DNA from: a virus
Taxonomy: Duplodnaviria > Heunggongvirae > Uroviricota > Caudoviricetes
Strand: one strand, 5' to 3'
IMG/VR virus record: IMGVR_UViG_3300025778_000009
Length of the DNA stretch: 64,000 nucleotides
How positions within the stretch are numbered: the stretch's first letter is position 1; each line of letters opens with the position of its first letter. Made by a program: the position numbers and the translations under genes. The notes under the pieces are model-generated. The model did no database searches. It saw nothing but the letters and a program-made list of their open reading frames with translations, and had not been told where the DNA came from. Shown here in pieces: positions 1 through 9,167 of the stretch.

Positions 1-1681
1 TATCTGCAAACAAGTTATTATACATGTTAAAGATATTTGGATCGTTAACTAGAGCATCATCCCCATCAAGGAGTACTACAATACTATCCTTAGGTACATC
101 ACGTTTAATATTTACTATTTGATTGTATACTGCACCACGGTTTACTGGATTATCTACAACAGTAAAATGTTTAATTAAATTAGGATATCTACCTTTAATA
201 TATTGTACTACCAAATCTAAACTACTATCATTACTACAATCATTTATAAGATGCATATGCCAGTTATTATAGTTTTGTGATGCAACTGAATCAATACATC
301 TAATTAAATAATCAAATGCATTATAGAAAGGCGTGATTACATGGATTCGTTTTTCTTCCGGTAATTTATATGTATTCCATTCTTCTGGATTACTAAAACG
401 TCTTCCAAATACTTTATGAACACGATCATTAATGAAAGATACTTTACGATACTCTTCTACAGGTAGATACAATCCAAGCTTCTTAAAGAGGTGTTGTTTC
501 CATTGTAGTGCAACCGTATCCCATCCTGCAATCTCTTTTACAATATTACATGCAAACATTTTTTGTTGATGTAAGTAAGTATTATGATAAGCATCAAAAG
601 CCATACGAGCAAATCTATCTGCTTGTTGAGCTACATCAATATTAGGAAAAAGACCATTAGGCTCGATTGCATAATCAATATGGTAACAAGCAGACTCAAC
701 TGCTGTCTCTTCTAATGCACCAAACCTATTAGTTAAAAGAGGTGTATTATAGTATAGAGATTCTAAAGCTGAAATACCGAATGTTTCAGGGAACCCTGCA
801 GGAAAAATAAAAAATGACGCTTTCTGAAATAATTCTGCTACTTGCTTTTGAGGAATAATACCAGTAAAAGAAACATCCAATTCTTTATACTTTTTATCCT
901 GAGCCAGTTCTTCTAGCTCTTTTTGTTGTTGATCTGGTTCTGAAGTAGAACTGAATCTATAGTAACCACCAGCAACAACCAATTTAGCATCTGGAATATT
1001 ACGCTTTACTAAAGGCCATACATTTGCAAGTAAAGGTTTAAGACCCTTAGAGACTGCTGCAACATAAACAAATAAATTACGATCTTTCTGAAAAATATCT
1101 GTATTTTCAAAATACTTTACTATGCCGTTTCTTGTCTGGAATACTTTATTTTTTAATACCTCAAAATTGCGGCGATTACCACCATGCCAGCAATTAGTCA
1201 CATATGCTGTATGAAAATCTGATAAAGTAAACATCTCATTAATATGGTTATTTAACAATAACGTCTCTACATGAGGGTCACCCCATATAAAGGTATCATG
1301 CATCCATAAAACTTTATGTTTACTTACACGTCTAACTTTATCGAAAATTTGATAAGGATATTTTGTAGAATTTTCAATTTGAGACTGAAGAGGAATCGGC
1401 ACAAAAGGTGTAATACAACGTAACGATACCATAACATCATAATAATCATTACATTTTGCTAAAGTACTAATATGTCTATATTCGACTCTATCATAAACAC
1501 CAGGTTTACAGTCGATATCATTGCAATCATTATAAATAGTAACTTGAAAGCCAATTTGTGCCAGCTCTCTAGCCATAAGAGCACATGCTGACTCAGAACC
1601 ACCTAACGCTCGTTTTTTAATGGTATCTCCGTCATAAACCAAGCCAATAGAATCAATTATTACAATAGACGGATTGCTCAT
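1..1681 (-). CDS. two-domain glycosyltransferase (N-terminal GT4/GT-B-like + C-terminal GT2/GT-A-like); its 3' end runs off the window start
   Basis: Hand translation of the minus strand from the ATG at 1681 (a GAGG is 8 nt upstream) gives MSNPSIVIIDSIGLVYDGDTIKKRALGGSESACALMARELAQIGF...FPETFGISALESLYYNTPLLT, a GT4-like EX7E region. It continues ...HVITPFYNAFDYLIRCIDSVASQNYNNWHMHLINDCSNDSS...VVLLDGDDALV, a GT2 DxD region. I found no stop codon before position 1, though the translation was done by eye. The frame is absent from the ORF track, probably because it leaves the window. Confidence 0.6.
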   Translation of the reverse strand, partial: MSNPSIVIIDSIGLVYDGDTIKKRALGGSESACALMARELAQIGFQVTIYNDCNDIDCKPGVYDRVEYRHISTLAKCNDYYDVMVSLRCITPFVPIPLQSQIENSTKYPYQIFDKVRRVSKHKVLWMHDTFIWGDPHVETLLLNNHINEMFTLSDFHTAYVTNCWHGGNRRNFEVLKNKVFQTRNGIVKYFENTDIFQKDRNLFVYVAAVSKGLKPLLANVWPLVKRNIPDAKLVVAGGYYRFSSTSEPDQQQKELEELAQDKKYKELDVSFTGIIPQKQVAELFQKASFFIFPAGFPETFGISALESLYYNTPLLTNRFGALEETAVESACYHIDYAIEPNGLFPNIDVAQQADRFARMAFDAYHNTYLHQQKMFACNIVKEIAGWDTVALQWKQHLFKKLGLYLPVEEYRKVSFINDRVHKVFGRRFSNPEEWNTYKLPEEKRIHVITPFYNAFDYLIRCIDSVASQNYNNWHMHLINDCSNDSSLDLVVQYIKGRYPNLIKHFTVVDNPVNRGAVYNQIVNIKRDVPKDSIVVLLDGDDALVNDPNIFNMYNNLFAD

Positions 1682-1746
1682 ATTTTAACCTCAATAAATA
1701 CATTGTATACTACTAATATATATTATCTTAATTAATTAGGCAACAT

Positions 1747-4700
1747 ATGTCATCAGATATTTTAAATCAGCATCTAATCGGTAATGGAAGTAACACTCAA
1801 TTCACCTTATTAGAAGCTGTTGCCAATACTAGCTCTATTCTAGTAACTATCAACGGTCTAGTATCAGATCCTGACAGAGATTATACGGTTTCAGATAATT
1901 TATTATTATTTAATACCGCTCCATATAGTACTTCAGATATTGAAATTAGATATTTACCTGTAGTTCCCGTAGGATATACTGGGTCTGCAGGTGAACCTGC
2001 TGGTTACACTGGTTCTGCAGGACCAGTAGGAGCTCCTTCAGATATTCAGACTATAGTAGCTACTGGTTCATCTTATTACACTTTAACATCTACTCCTAAT
2101 TCTTCTAAAAATATATTAGTATCTGTAAATGGACTCTTACAGGTTCCAGAAGCTGATTATACTGTTTCTGGTTCTACTATTAATTTTAATACTATACCAG
2201 TAGAATTATCTGACATTGAAATAATTTATTTTGGTAATGTTGTAGGTTATAGAGGTTCTGCAGGGTTTCAAGGTTCTGTCGGATTTACAGGTTCTATTGG
2301 TTACAGTGGTAATGATGGATACACTGGTTCGATTGGTTACACAGGTTCTATAGGTGGTGCAGGTCCAGCTGGTTACACAGGTTCTGGTGGTGTAGCAGCC
2401 CCATCTGGTTTTCAAACATTTTTAACAGATAATAGAACTTCTTATCCTATTGATAGGGTAGTAGCATCATCTAAAGATATCTTAGTTTCCGTTAACGGGT
2501 TAATACAAGTACCTGACGCAGACTATATTGTTGTTGGTTCTAATATTAACTTTATAACAAAACCAAGTAATAATTCTGATGTAGAAATTTTATACTTTGA
2601 TGTTGCAGGGTTTATTGGTTCTACTGGTTATCTTGGTTCAACTGGGTTTAAAGGTTCTTCCGGTGACAACGGCTTACCAGGTTTCGTAGGATCCCAAGGT
2701 TATACAGGCTCTTCTGGTTTTGTCGGTTCTATGGGGTATGTTGGTTCTGGTGGTGTTGCCGCACCTTCAGAAATACAAACTATAGTTGCTGATGGTTCTA
2801 GTACATATACTTTAACAAGATATGTTGTTGATCCTAAACATATTTTTGTTATCGTTAACGGTCTTATTCAGATTGCAGATAGAGATTATACTGCAGCTGC
2901 AACTACCCTTACTTTCTATAATCCTCCTAATAATACTTCTGAAATTGAAATAATTTATTTTGAAGAAGCATTAGGATATCGAGGTTCTGTAGGTTATGCA
3001 GGTTCTGCAGGTACACCTGGAGGATCTACTGGTTATACTGGTTCTAGAGGAACTGACGGTTCCTTTGGATATACGGGTTCTACTGGTTATGTTGGTTCTG
3101 CTGGTGTTGGAGCTCCTTCTTCATATCAAATTTTATATGCAAATGGCTCTAATACAGTATTTACGTTAACATCTTCTGTTGATGCAGCTAAAAATATCCT
3201 TGTTTCTGTTAACGGTCTATTACAAATACCAGATACCGATTATACTGTATCCGGAACAACTATTTTATTTACTAATCCACCTAGTGATACTTCTCATATT
3301 GAAGTTTTATATTTTGATGTTTCTGGATATAGAGGTTCCACTGGTTATATGGGATCTAAAGGTGATCCTGGCGGTGATACTGGTTATACTGGCTCTATAG
3401 GTCCAAAAGGTGATATTGGTCCATTAGGTTATACTGGTTCTGTTGGATTTGGTTACACAGGTTCTGCAGGCCCTGTAGGTGCACCAACAAATTATCAAAC
3501 TATTGTTACAACATTTAATCAATCAACTTATAGTTTAAATCAAGATGTTGCACAAGCAGTAAGTATAATCGTTACTATAAACGGTCTTGTTCAAGTACCA
3601 GATCAAGACTATACCCTTCCTACTTCTAATACAATTACATTTACCAATACTCCAAATCCTAATTCTGATGTTGAAATTTTATATTTTTCTGCATCAGGAT
3701 TTACTGGATCAAGAGGTGCAGTAGGCTATCTAGGTTCAGTAGGTTATCAAGGTACTGTTGGTTTTAGCGGGTCGGCTGGTATTACTGGTTATATGGGATC
3801 TGCAGGGTCTGGGTTTACTGGCTCTATAGGTTATTCAGGATCTACAGGGTTTGCAGGATCTAGAGGAAGTTTAGGTTATACCGGCTCTATTGGTATTGGA
3901 TACACAGGTTCAGTTGGTTCTGGTTATACTGGTTCTACTGGTGCTGGGTATACCGGCTCTATCGGTTCATTAGGTTATACTGGTTCACAAGGATTTCAAG
4001 GTCTTACTGGTTATAGAGGTTCTACTGGTAGTACTGGTTTTGTAGGTTCTATTGGTTTAACAGGATCTATAGGTTATACAGGCTCTACTGGTGCCGGATT
4101 TGTTGGTTCTAGAGGTTTTGTTGGTTCTATTGGTTCACTAGGTTACACCGGATCTATTGGATTTACAGGTTCTATTGGTTATTCTGGTTCTAGAGGTGAT
4201 ATTGGTTTCTCTGGTTCAATAGGCTCGTTAGGTTATACAGGTTCTATTGGTATTGGATATACCGGTTCTACAGGAGCCCCTGGTGGTATTACGTATAACT
4301 ATAGATTCATTAATACACCTGTTGTTACTCCTGCATTTACTCAACAAGGTTATGCAGTTTTTAGTGCAACATCAAATGCTATTTACGTTACATCTGCTGA
4401 CCTAGCAGGAGCAAATACTGCATACTTTATAGAGTATGCATTAAAATCAGTTAATAATAGTATAAAAGGGTTTGTAACTTTATCAAGAGCTTCGACACCT
4501 TATGATGTTACAATATATTCAACTAACACTGCTATCTATTTCCCTTATCCTGCAGTACCTGCATTTCATAAAATATATCTTTCTTATCTGTCTGGTAATA
4601 CTACACCTTACTTAGACAATGAAATAATTAACATTTCATTTACGTTAACTGGAAGTCAAGGACCTAAAGGTGATAAGGGCGATATTGGTTATACTGGTTC

Positions 4701-7700
4701 TGCAGGTCCAGCTGGTCCTTCTGGTGCATTTGCTGGTATGGGTTATACCGGTTCTATTGGTTCATTGGGTTATTCTGGATCTATTGGATATACTGGTTCT
4801 ATAGGTATACAAGGTTCAATTGGCCCACAAGGCTACACAGGCTCTGTTGCTAACCCATCAGCTCCTGTAAGACAGAACTTTAACGGTGACGGTGTAACTA
4901 ACACATACAGTATTGATATCGGTCAAAACGTTAACGGTTATACACCTTATCAATTAGACGTTTATATTAACGGTGTAAAACTCTTTAACGGTATAGATGT
5001 CGATGTATCATCTGGTAATACCATACACTTTATTACCCCACCGAGAAAAGATGATAATATCGAAGTTGTAGGGTCATATATTTTCTCTACAAACCCAGAT
5101 AGTGCAGCATTATTTGGACCTAGAGGTTATACTGGGTCTGCTGGTCCACCTAACGGATATCAAGGATCTTTAGGTGAAACTGGCTATGTAGGTTCTAGAG
5201 GTTATACAGGTTCAACACCTAATCCTTCTGCACCTGTAAGACAAAATTTTAACGGTGATGGTACAACCAATACTTACTATATTGATATTGGTCAGAATGT
5301 AAATGGTTATACACCTTATCAGCTAGATGTTTATGTCAACGGTGTTAAGCTTTTCAATGGTATTGATGTTGATGTATCTTCTGGTAACTCTATTCATTTT
5401 ATTACACCACCTAGAATAAACGATAACATTGAAATAGTTGGATCTTATATCTTTTCAACTAATCCAGACAGTGCTGCATTGTTTGGTCCAAGAGGGTATA
5501 CTGGATCTCAAGGTCCACCAAACGGGTATCAAGGTTCTATTGGTGACATTGGTTATACTGGTTCTAGAGGCGATACTGGGTTTTCTGGTTCTGCTGGTAC
5601 TATTGGTTACTCTGGTTCTGGTGTAAGTTTTAGAAGTTACTATAATAATACTACAAATTACTATATTAATGATTTAGTAGAAGAAGATGGTGCCACTTAC
5701 ATTGCTATTGCACCTAGTATAGGAGAAGATCCTAAAACTAGCAACACATACTGGCAATTATTTGCTAGCAAAGGATATCAAGGTTCTAGAGGTTATACAG
5801 GTTCTACTCCTAACCCATCGTCTCCTGTAAGACAAAACTTTAACGGTGATGGTGTTTCTAGAACTTATTATATTGATATTGGGCAAAATGTCAATGGTTA
5901 TACTCCTTACGAGTTAGATGTATTCGTAAACGGTATTAAATTGTTTAACGGTCTTGATGTTGATGTATCATCTGGTAATGCTATTCACTTTGTAATACCG
6001 CCGAGAATAAACGATAATATCGAAGTAGTAGGGTCATATATTTTCTCTACTAATCCTGATCAAAATGCATTATTTGGGCCAAGAGGTTATACTGGTTCAG
6101 CAGGATTAAACGGGGCTGGTAATTCATTTACTAAAATTGTTGTTAGCGGTCAACCAGATTTAGTAGCATTAGAAGCAGATACTCTTCAAATAGTTGCTGG
6201 TGATAATATAGTTATATCAACTAACAATATTAATTCACCTAAAACTTTAACAATTTCTACATCACTGCCATCTGGTGCATCTGGTTATACAGGTTCGCAA
6301 GGTATAACGGGTTATATAGGTTCTATAGGAATTACCGGTTATACAGGATCAAGAGGATCTGATGGTGTTATAGGTTATAGTGGAAGTATAGGTTTCACAG
6401 GTTCTAAAGGGTCTGATGGCACTATAGGTTATACAGGATCGCAAGGTAATATAGGAAATACTGGAGATACTGGCTATACCGGATCAAGTGGAATAGACGG
6501 TGCAGTAGGTTATAATGGAAGTATAGGGTTCACAGGTTCTAAAGGGTCTGATGGTACTATAGGTTATACTGGATCTACAGGACCTGTAGCCGGATATGAT
6601 ACTCAAATTATATTTAATGATGGTAGTTATGCTAATGGTTCTTATGGATTAACTTATAATAAATCTACTCAAACATTAAACATAGGAAATAATCTTTATG
6701 TAGGTGGTAACATTTATATCACCGGCAACACTACAACTTTTGCTGCTAATAATTTAGAAATAGTAGATAATATGATCTACTTAAATTCTAATAGTGAATA
6801 TTCAAATCCCGATATTGGTTTTGCTGCAAATTATAATGACGGTGAATATCATCATACCGGTTTCTTTAGAGATCATGCAACAGGTATTTGGAAGGTATTT
6901 GAAAATTATAAACCAGAACCGCAAGCATCACAATTTATTGATCAATCTAATAATACCTTTAGAATAGCAGATTTTCAAGCAAATACTATTTTTGCTAATT
7001 CAATATATGCAAATGGTTCTTACGGTTCTTTTGGTCAAGTACTTATTTCTAATGGTTCAGGAATATTCTGGTCAACTTCTGCATTAGGGTTTAATGGTTC
7101 AACAGGGTATCAAGGTTCTTTAGGTGATACTGGCTACAAAGGTTCAATTGGTTACCAGGGTTCAGTTGGTAATCAAGGTATTTTTGGTTACCAGGGTTCT
7201 TCTGGCTACCAAGGATCAGTTGGTTATCAAGGAACTGTAGGTTTTCAAGGTTCAGCTGGCGCTACCGCCGATGCTGGTTATCAAGGAAGTGCAGGTTATC
7301 AGGGATCAGTAGGATTTCAAGGATCTTATGGATATCAAGGTACTGTAGGATTCCAAGGTTCTATAGGAGCTGTTGGATATCAAGGATCAGCAAGTGTTGG
7401 CTATAACGGTTCTACTGGATTTAATGGTTCTATAGGTAATAGAGGTCCTATAGGTTATACTGGATCAAAAGGTCAAGGATTTAATTGGAGAGGAGCTTGG
7501 GACGGAACACATAATGATTTTGGTGATTATCAAGTATACCTTCCTTATGATGTAGTACAATATGATCTAAACACATATGTTTGTATAGTATTATGTTATG
7601 GTGATTCTGGTACTCCTGCTGCAAGAACAGATTTATGGCAGATATTTGCAGAAGGTGTAGTAGGTTATGTTGGATCTAAAGGTCAAGATGGTGTACTGGG

Positions 7701-8370
7701 TTATAATGGTTCTATAGGTTATACAGGCTCAAAAGGTGATAATGGCGTTATTGGATATAACGGTTCTATAGGATATACAGGTTCTACTGGATTTGTTGGA
7801 TCTTCTGGAGCATCAGTTTATCAAGGCTATACTGGATCTACTGGTTATCAGGGTTCTAAAGGTGAAAGTTCTTATATTACCTCTGATACTGCACCTTCTA
7901 GTCCTTTAGTTGGAGATAGATGGTATAATACTACAGCTGGTATTGAACTAGTATGGACTTATGATGGTAATTCTTATCAGTGGGTAGAATTAGCTGCAAG
8001 CGGTTTCTTAGGTATGACCGGATATTCTGGTTCAATAGGAACTATAGGGTATACAGGTTCAGCTGCACAATCATTAATAAATTCAACTCAAAGTTCAATT
8101 TATGTTTTACAATCTTCGGATGATGGTAAATTAATTAATACATCTTATAGCGTTACTATACCTTCAAATGTATTTACAGCAGGTCAGACAATTACAATAT
8201 ATAACAGTAGCCAAACTAACGGTATTACAGTTACTCAAGGAAGCGGCACAACCGTATATTTGGTTAATACTACTTCTGTTGGAGACAGAACAGTAGGAGT
8301 AAATGGTATTGCAGTTATAATATGCGTGGATAATAATACTTTTGTTATTTCTGGTGGTGGTGTATCTTAA
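1747..8370 (+). CDS. giant (2207 aa) collagen-like fiber protein. It has six N-terminal ~75-aa repeated beta-domains separated by G-x-y tracts, long G-Y-T-G-S-x collagen-like tracts, three tandem ~100-aa domains, and a C-terminal globular region.
   Basis: Gly occurs at every third residue over hundreds of residues, in the pattern GYTGSIGFTGSIGYSGS. The module xQTIVAxGSxxYTLTxxxxxKNILVSVNGLLQVPDxDYTVSGxTIxFxxxPxxSDIEIxYF recurs six times. The block NPSAPVRQNFNGDG...FGPRGYTGS recurs three times. Confidence 0.8.
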   Translation: MSSDILNQHLIGNGSNTQFTLLEAVANTSSILVTINGLVSDPDRDYTVSDNLLLFNTAPYSTSDIEIRYLPVVPVGYTGSAGEPAGYTGSAGPVGAPSDIQTIVATGSSYYTLTSTPNSSKNILVSVNGLLQVPEADYTVSGSTINFNTIPVELSDIEIIYFGNVVGYRGSAGFQGSVGFTGSIGYSGNDGYTGSIGYTGSIGGAGPAGYTGSGGVAAPSGFQTFLTDNRTSYPIDRVVASSKDILVSVNGLIQVPDADYIVVGSNINFITKPSNNSDVEILYFDVAGFIGSTGYLGSTGFKGSSGDNGLPGFVGSQGYTGSSGFVGSMGYVGSGGVAAPSEIQTIVADGSSTYTLTRYVVDPKHIFVIVNGLIQIADRDYTAAATTLTFYNPPNNTSEIEIIYFEEALGYRGSVGYAGSAGTPGGSTGYTGSRGTDGSFGYTGSTGYVGSAGVGAPSSYQILYANGSNTVFTLTSSVDAAKNILVSVNGLLQIPDTDYTVSGTTILFTNPPSDTSHIEVLYFDVSGYRGSTGYMGSKGDPGGDTGYTGSIGPKGDIGPLGYTGSVGFGYTGSAGPVGAPTNYQTIVTTFNQSTYSLNQDVAQAVSIIVTINGLVQVPDQDYTLPTSNTITFTNTPNPNSDVEILYFSASGFTGSRGAVGYLGSVGYQGTVGFSGSAGITGYMGSAGSGFTGSIGYSGSTGFAGSRGSLGYTGSIGIGYTGSVGSGYTGSTGAGYTGSIGSLGYTGSQGFQGLTGYRGSTGSTGFVGSIGLTGSIGYTGSTGAGFVGSRGFVGSIGSLGYTGSIGFTGSIGYSGSRGDIGFSGSIGSLGYTGSIGIGYTGSTGAPGGITYNYRFINTPVVTPAFTQQGYAVFSATSNAIYVTSADLAGANTAYFIEYALKSVNNSIKGFVTLSRASTPYDVTIYSTNTAIYFPYPAVPAFHKIYLSYLSGNTTPYLDNEIINISFTLTGSQGPKGDKGDIGYTGSAGPAGPSGAFAGMGYTGSIGSLGYSGSIGYTGSIGIQGSIGPQGYTGSVANPSAPVRQNFNGDGVTNTYSIDIGQNVNGYTPYQLDVYINGVKLFNGIDVDVSSGNTIHFITPPRKDDNIEVVGSYIFSTNPDSAALFGPRGYTGSAGPPNGYQGSLGETGYVGSRGYTGSTPNPSAPVRQNFNGDGTTNTYYIDIGQNVNGYTPYQLDVYVNGVKLFNGIDVDVSSGNSIHFITPPRINDNIEIVGSYIFSTNPDSAALFGPRGYTGSQGPPNGYQGSIGDIGYTGSRGDTGFSGSAGTIGYSGSGVSFRSYYNNTTNYYINDLVEEDGATYIAIAPSIGEDPKTSNTYWQLFASKGYQGSRGYTGSTPNPSSPVRQNFNGDGVSRTYYIDIGQNVNGYTPYELDVFVNGIKLFNGLDVDVSSGNAIHFVIPPRINDNIEVVGSYIFSTNPDQNALFGPRGYTGSAGLNGAGNSFTKIVVSGQPDLVALEADTLQIVAGDNIVISTNNINSPKTLTISTSLPSGASGYTGSQGITGYIGSIGITGYTGSRGSDGVIGYSGSIGFTGSKGSDGTIGYTGSQGNIGNTGDTGYTGSSGIDGAVGYNGSIGFTGSKGSDGTIGYTGSTGPVAGYDTQIIFNDGSYANGSYGLTYNKSTQTLNIGNNLYVGGNIYITGNTTTFAANNLEIVDNMIYLNSNSEYSNPDIGFAANYNDGEYHHTGFFRDHATGIWKVFENYKPEPQASQFIDQSNNTFRIADFQANTIFANSIYANGSYGSFGQVLISNGSGIFWSTSALGFNGSTGYQGSLGDTGYKGSIGYQGSVGNQGIFGYQGSSGYQGSVGYQGTVGFQGSAGATADAGYQGSAGYQGSVGFQGSYGYQGTVGFQGSIGAVGYQGSASVGYNGSTGFNGSIGNRGPIGYTGSKGQGFNWRGAWDGTHNDFGDYQVYLPYDVVQYDLNTYVCIVLCYGDSGTPAARTDLWQIFAEGVVGYVGSKGQDGVLGYNGSIGYTGSKGDNGVIGYNGSIGYTGSTGFVGSSGASVYQGYTGSTGYQGSKGESSYITSDTAPSSPLVGDRWYNTTAGIELVWTYDGNSYQWVELAASGFLGMTGYSGSIGTIGYTGSAAQSLINSTQSSIYVLQSSDDGKLINTSYSVTIPSNVFTAGQTITIYNSSQTNGITVTQGSGTTVYLVNTTSVGDRTVGVNGIAVIICVDNNTFVISGGGVS

Positions 8371-9134
8371 TGAGTATTTTTAATGCTATAACTTCTATAC
8401 CCTATCAAGCTGCATATTTGCCAGCTGGAGTTTCATACGGAAGCGCGCTTCTTAACAATCTATATGTTGGTAATTCAGATAGAAGTTTAGGATCAGGGTA
8501 TCTTTATACTTCCCGTACAGGTGGATTTATTACTTCCGGCTCACTAAATGATTTTACTATAGAAGCATGGATATATCCTAAGTGGTTTAGTTATTCTGGT
8601 GGATATTATAATATGGTTATTATGAGTACCCACACTGGAAGTGGAAATCCAGGATGGGAATTTAAATTACAAGGTCCTTCTGCATCTAGATGGACTTCTT
8701 TAACTTTACGTAATCAAAGAATTTCAACAGATTATCAATTTCCTATAAATTTAGGAGGAAGTGATCTTAACAAATGGTATCATGTTGCCATAGTATATAC
8801 TTCATCTAATCATAGTTTAATTGGTTATTTAAATGGGAATGTATTATCATCTATATCTCCAGCTTATTTTTCAGATAATAATATTCTTCATGTTGGATTT
8901 AATTATACATACTTCCCTTATTGGTTTAAGGGAAACCTTACTAATTTAAGAATATCTAAAACTGCAAGATATACTAATTATTTTACACCATCTGTAGCAC
9001 ACAATATAGCAGATAGTAATGATACATTTATAATGAATATGCCAACAAGTAATTTTTTACAAGAAGATACCGGACTAACTATTTTATATTCAGGTGATCC
9101 TAGTGTAGTTTCACAAGATAATAATCACCCTTAA
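8370..9134 (+). CDS. structural protein with a ConA/LamG-like lectin-fold motif
   Basis: The motif WYHVAIVYTSSNHSLIGYLNGNV matches the LamG/ConA pattern W-H-hA-h-...-LYhNG. The start overlaps the upstream stop as TAATGA, which suggests translational coupling. Confidence 0.5.
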   Translation: MSIFNAITSIPYQAAYLPAGVSYGSALLNNLYVGNSDRSLGSGYLYTSRTGGFITSGSLNDFTIEAWIYPKWFSYSGGYYNMVIMSTHTGSGNPGWEFKLQGPSASRWTSLTLRNQRISTDYQFPINLGGSDLNKWYHVAIVYTSSNHSLIGYLNGNVLSSISPAYFSDNNILHVGFNYTYFPYWFKGNLTNLRISKTARYTNYFTPSVAHNIADSNDTFIMNMPTSNFLQEDTGLTILYSGDPSVVSQDNNHP

Positions 9135-9167
9135 TAAATATTATATAACATTAACCTATGAATAAAA

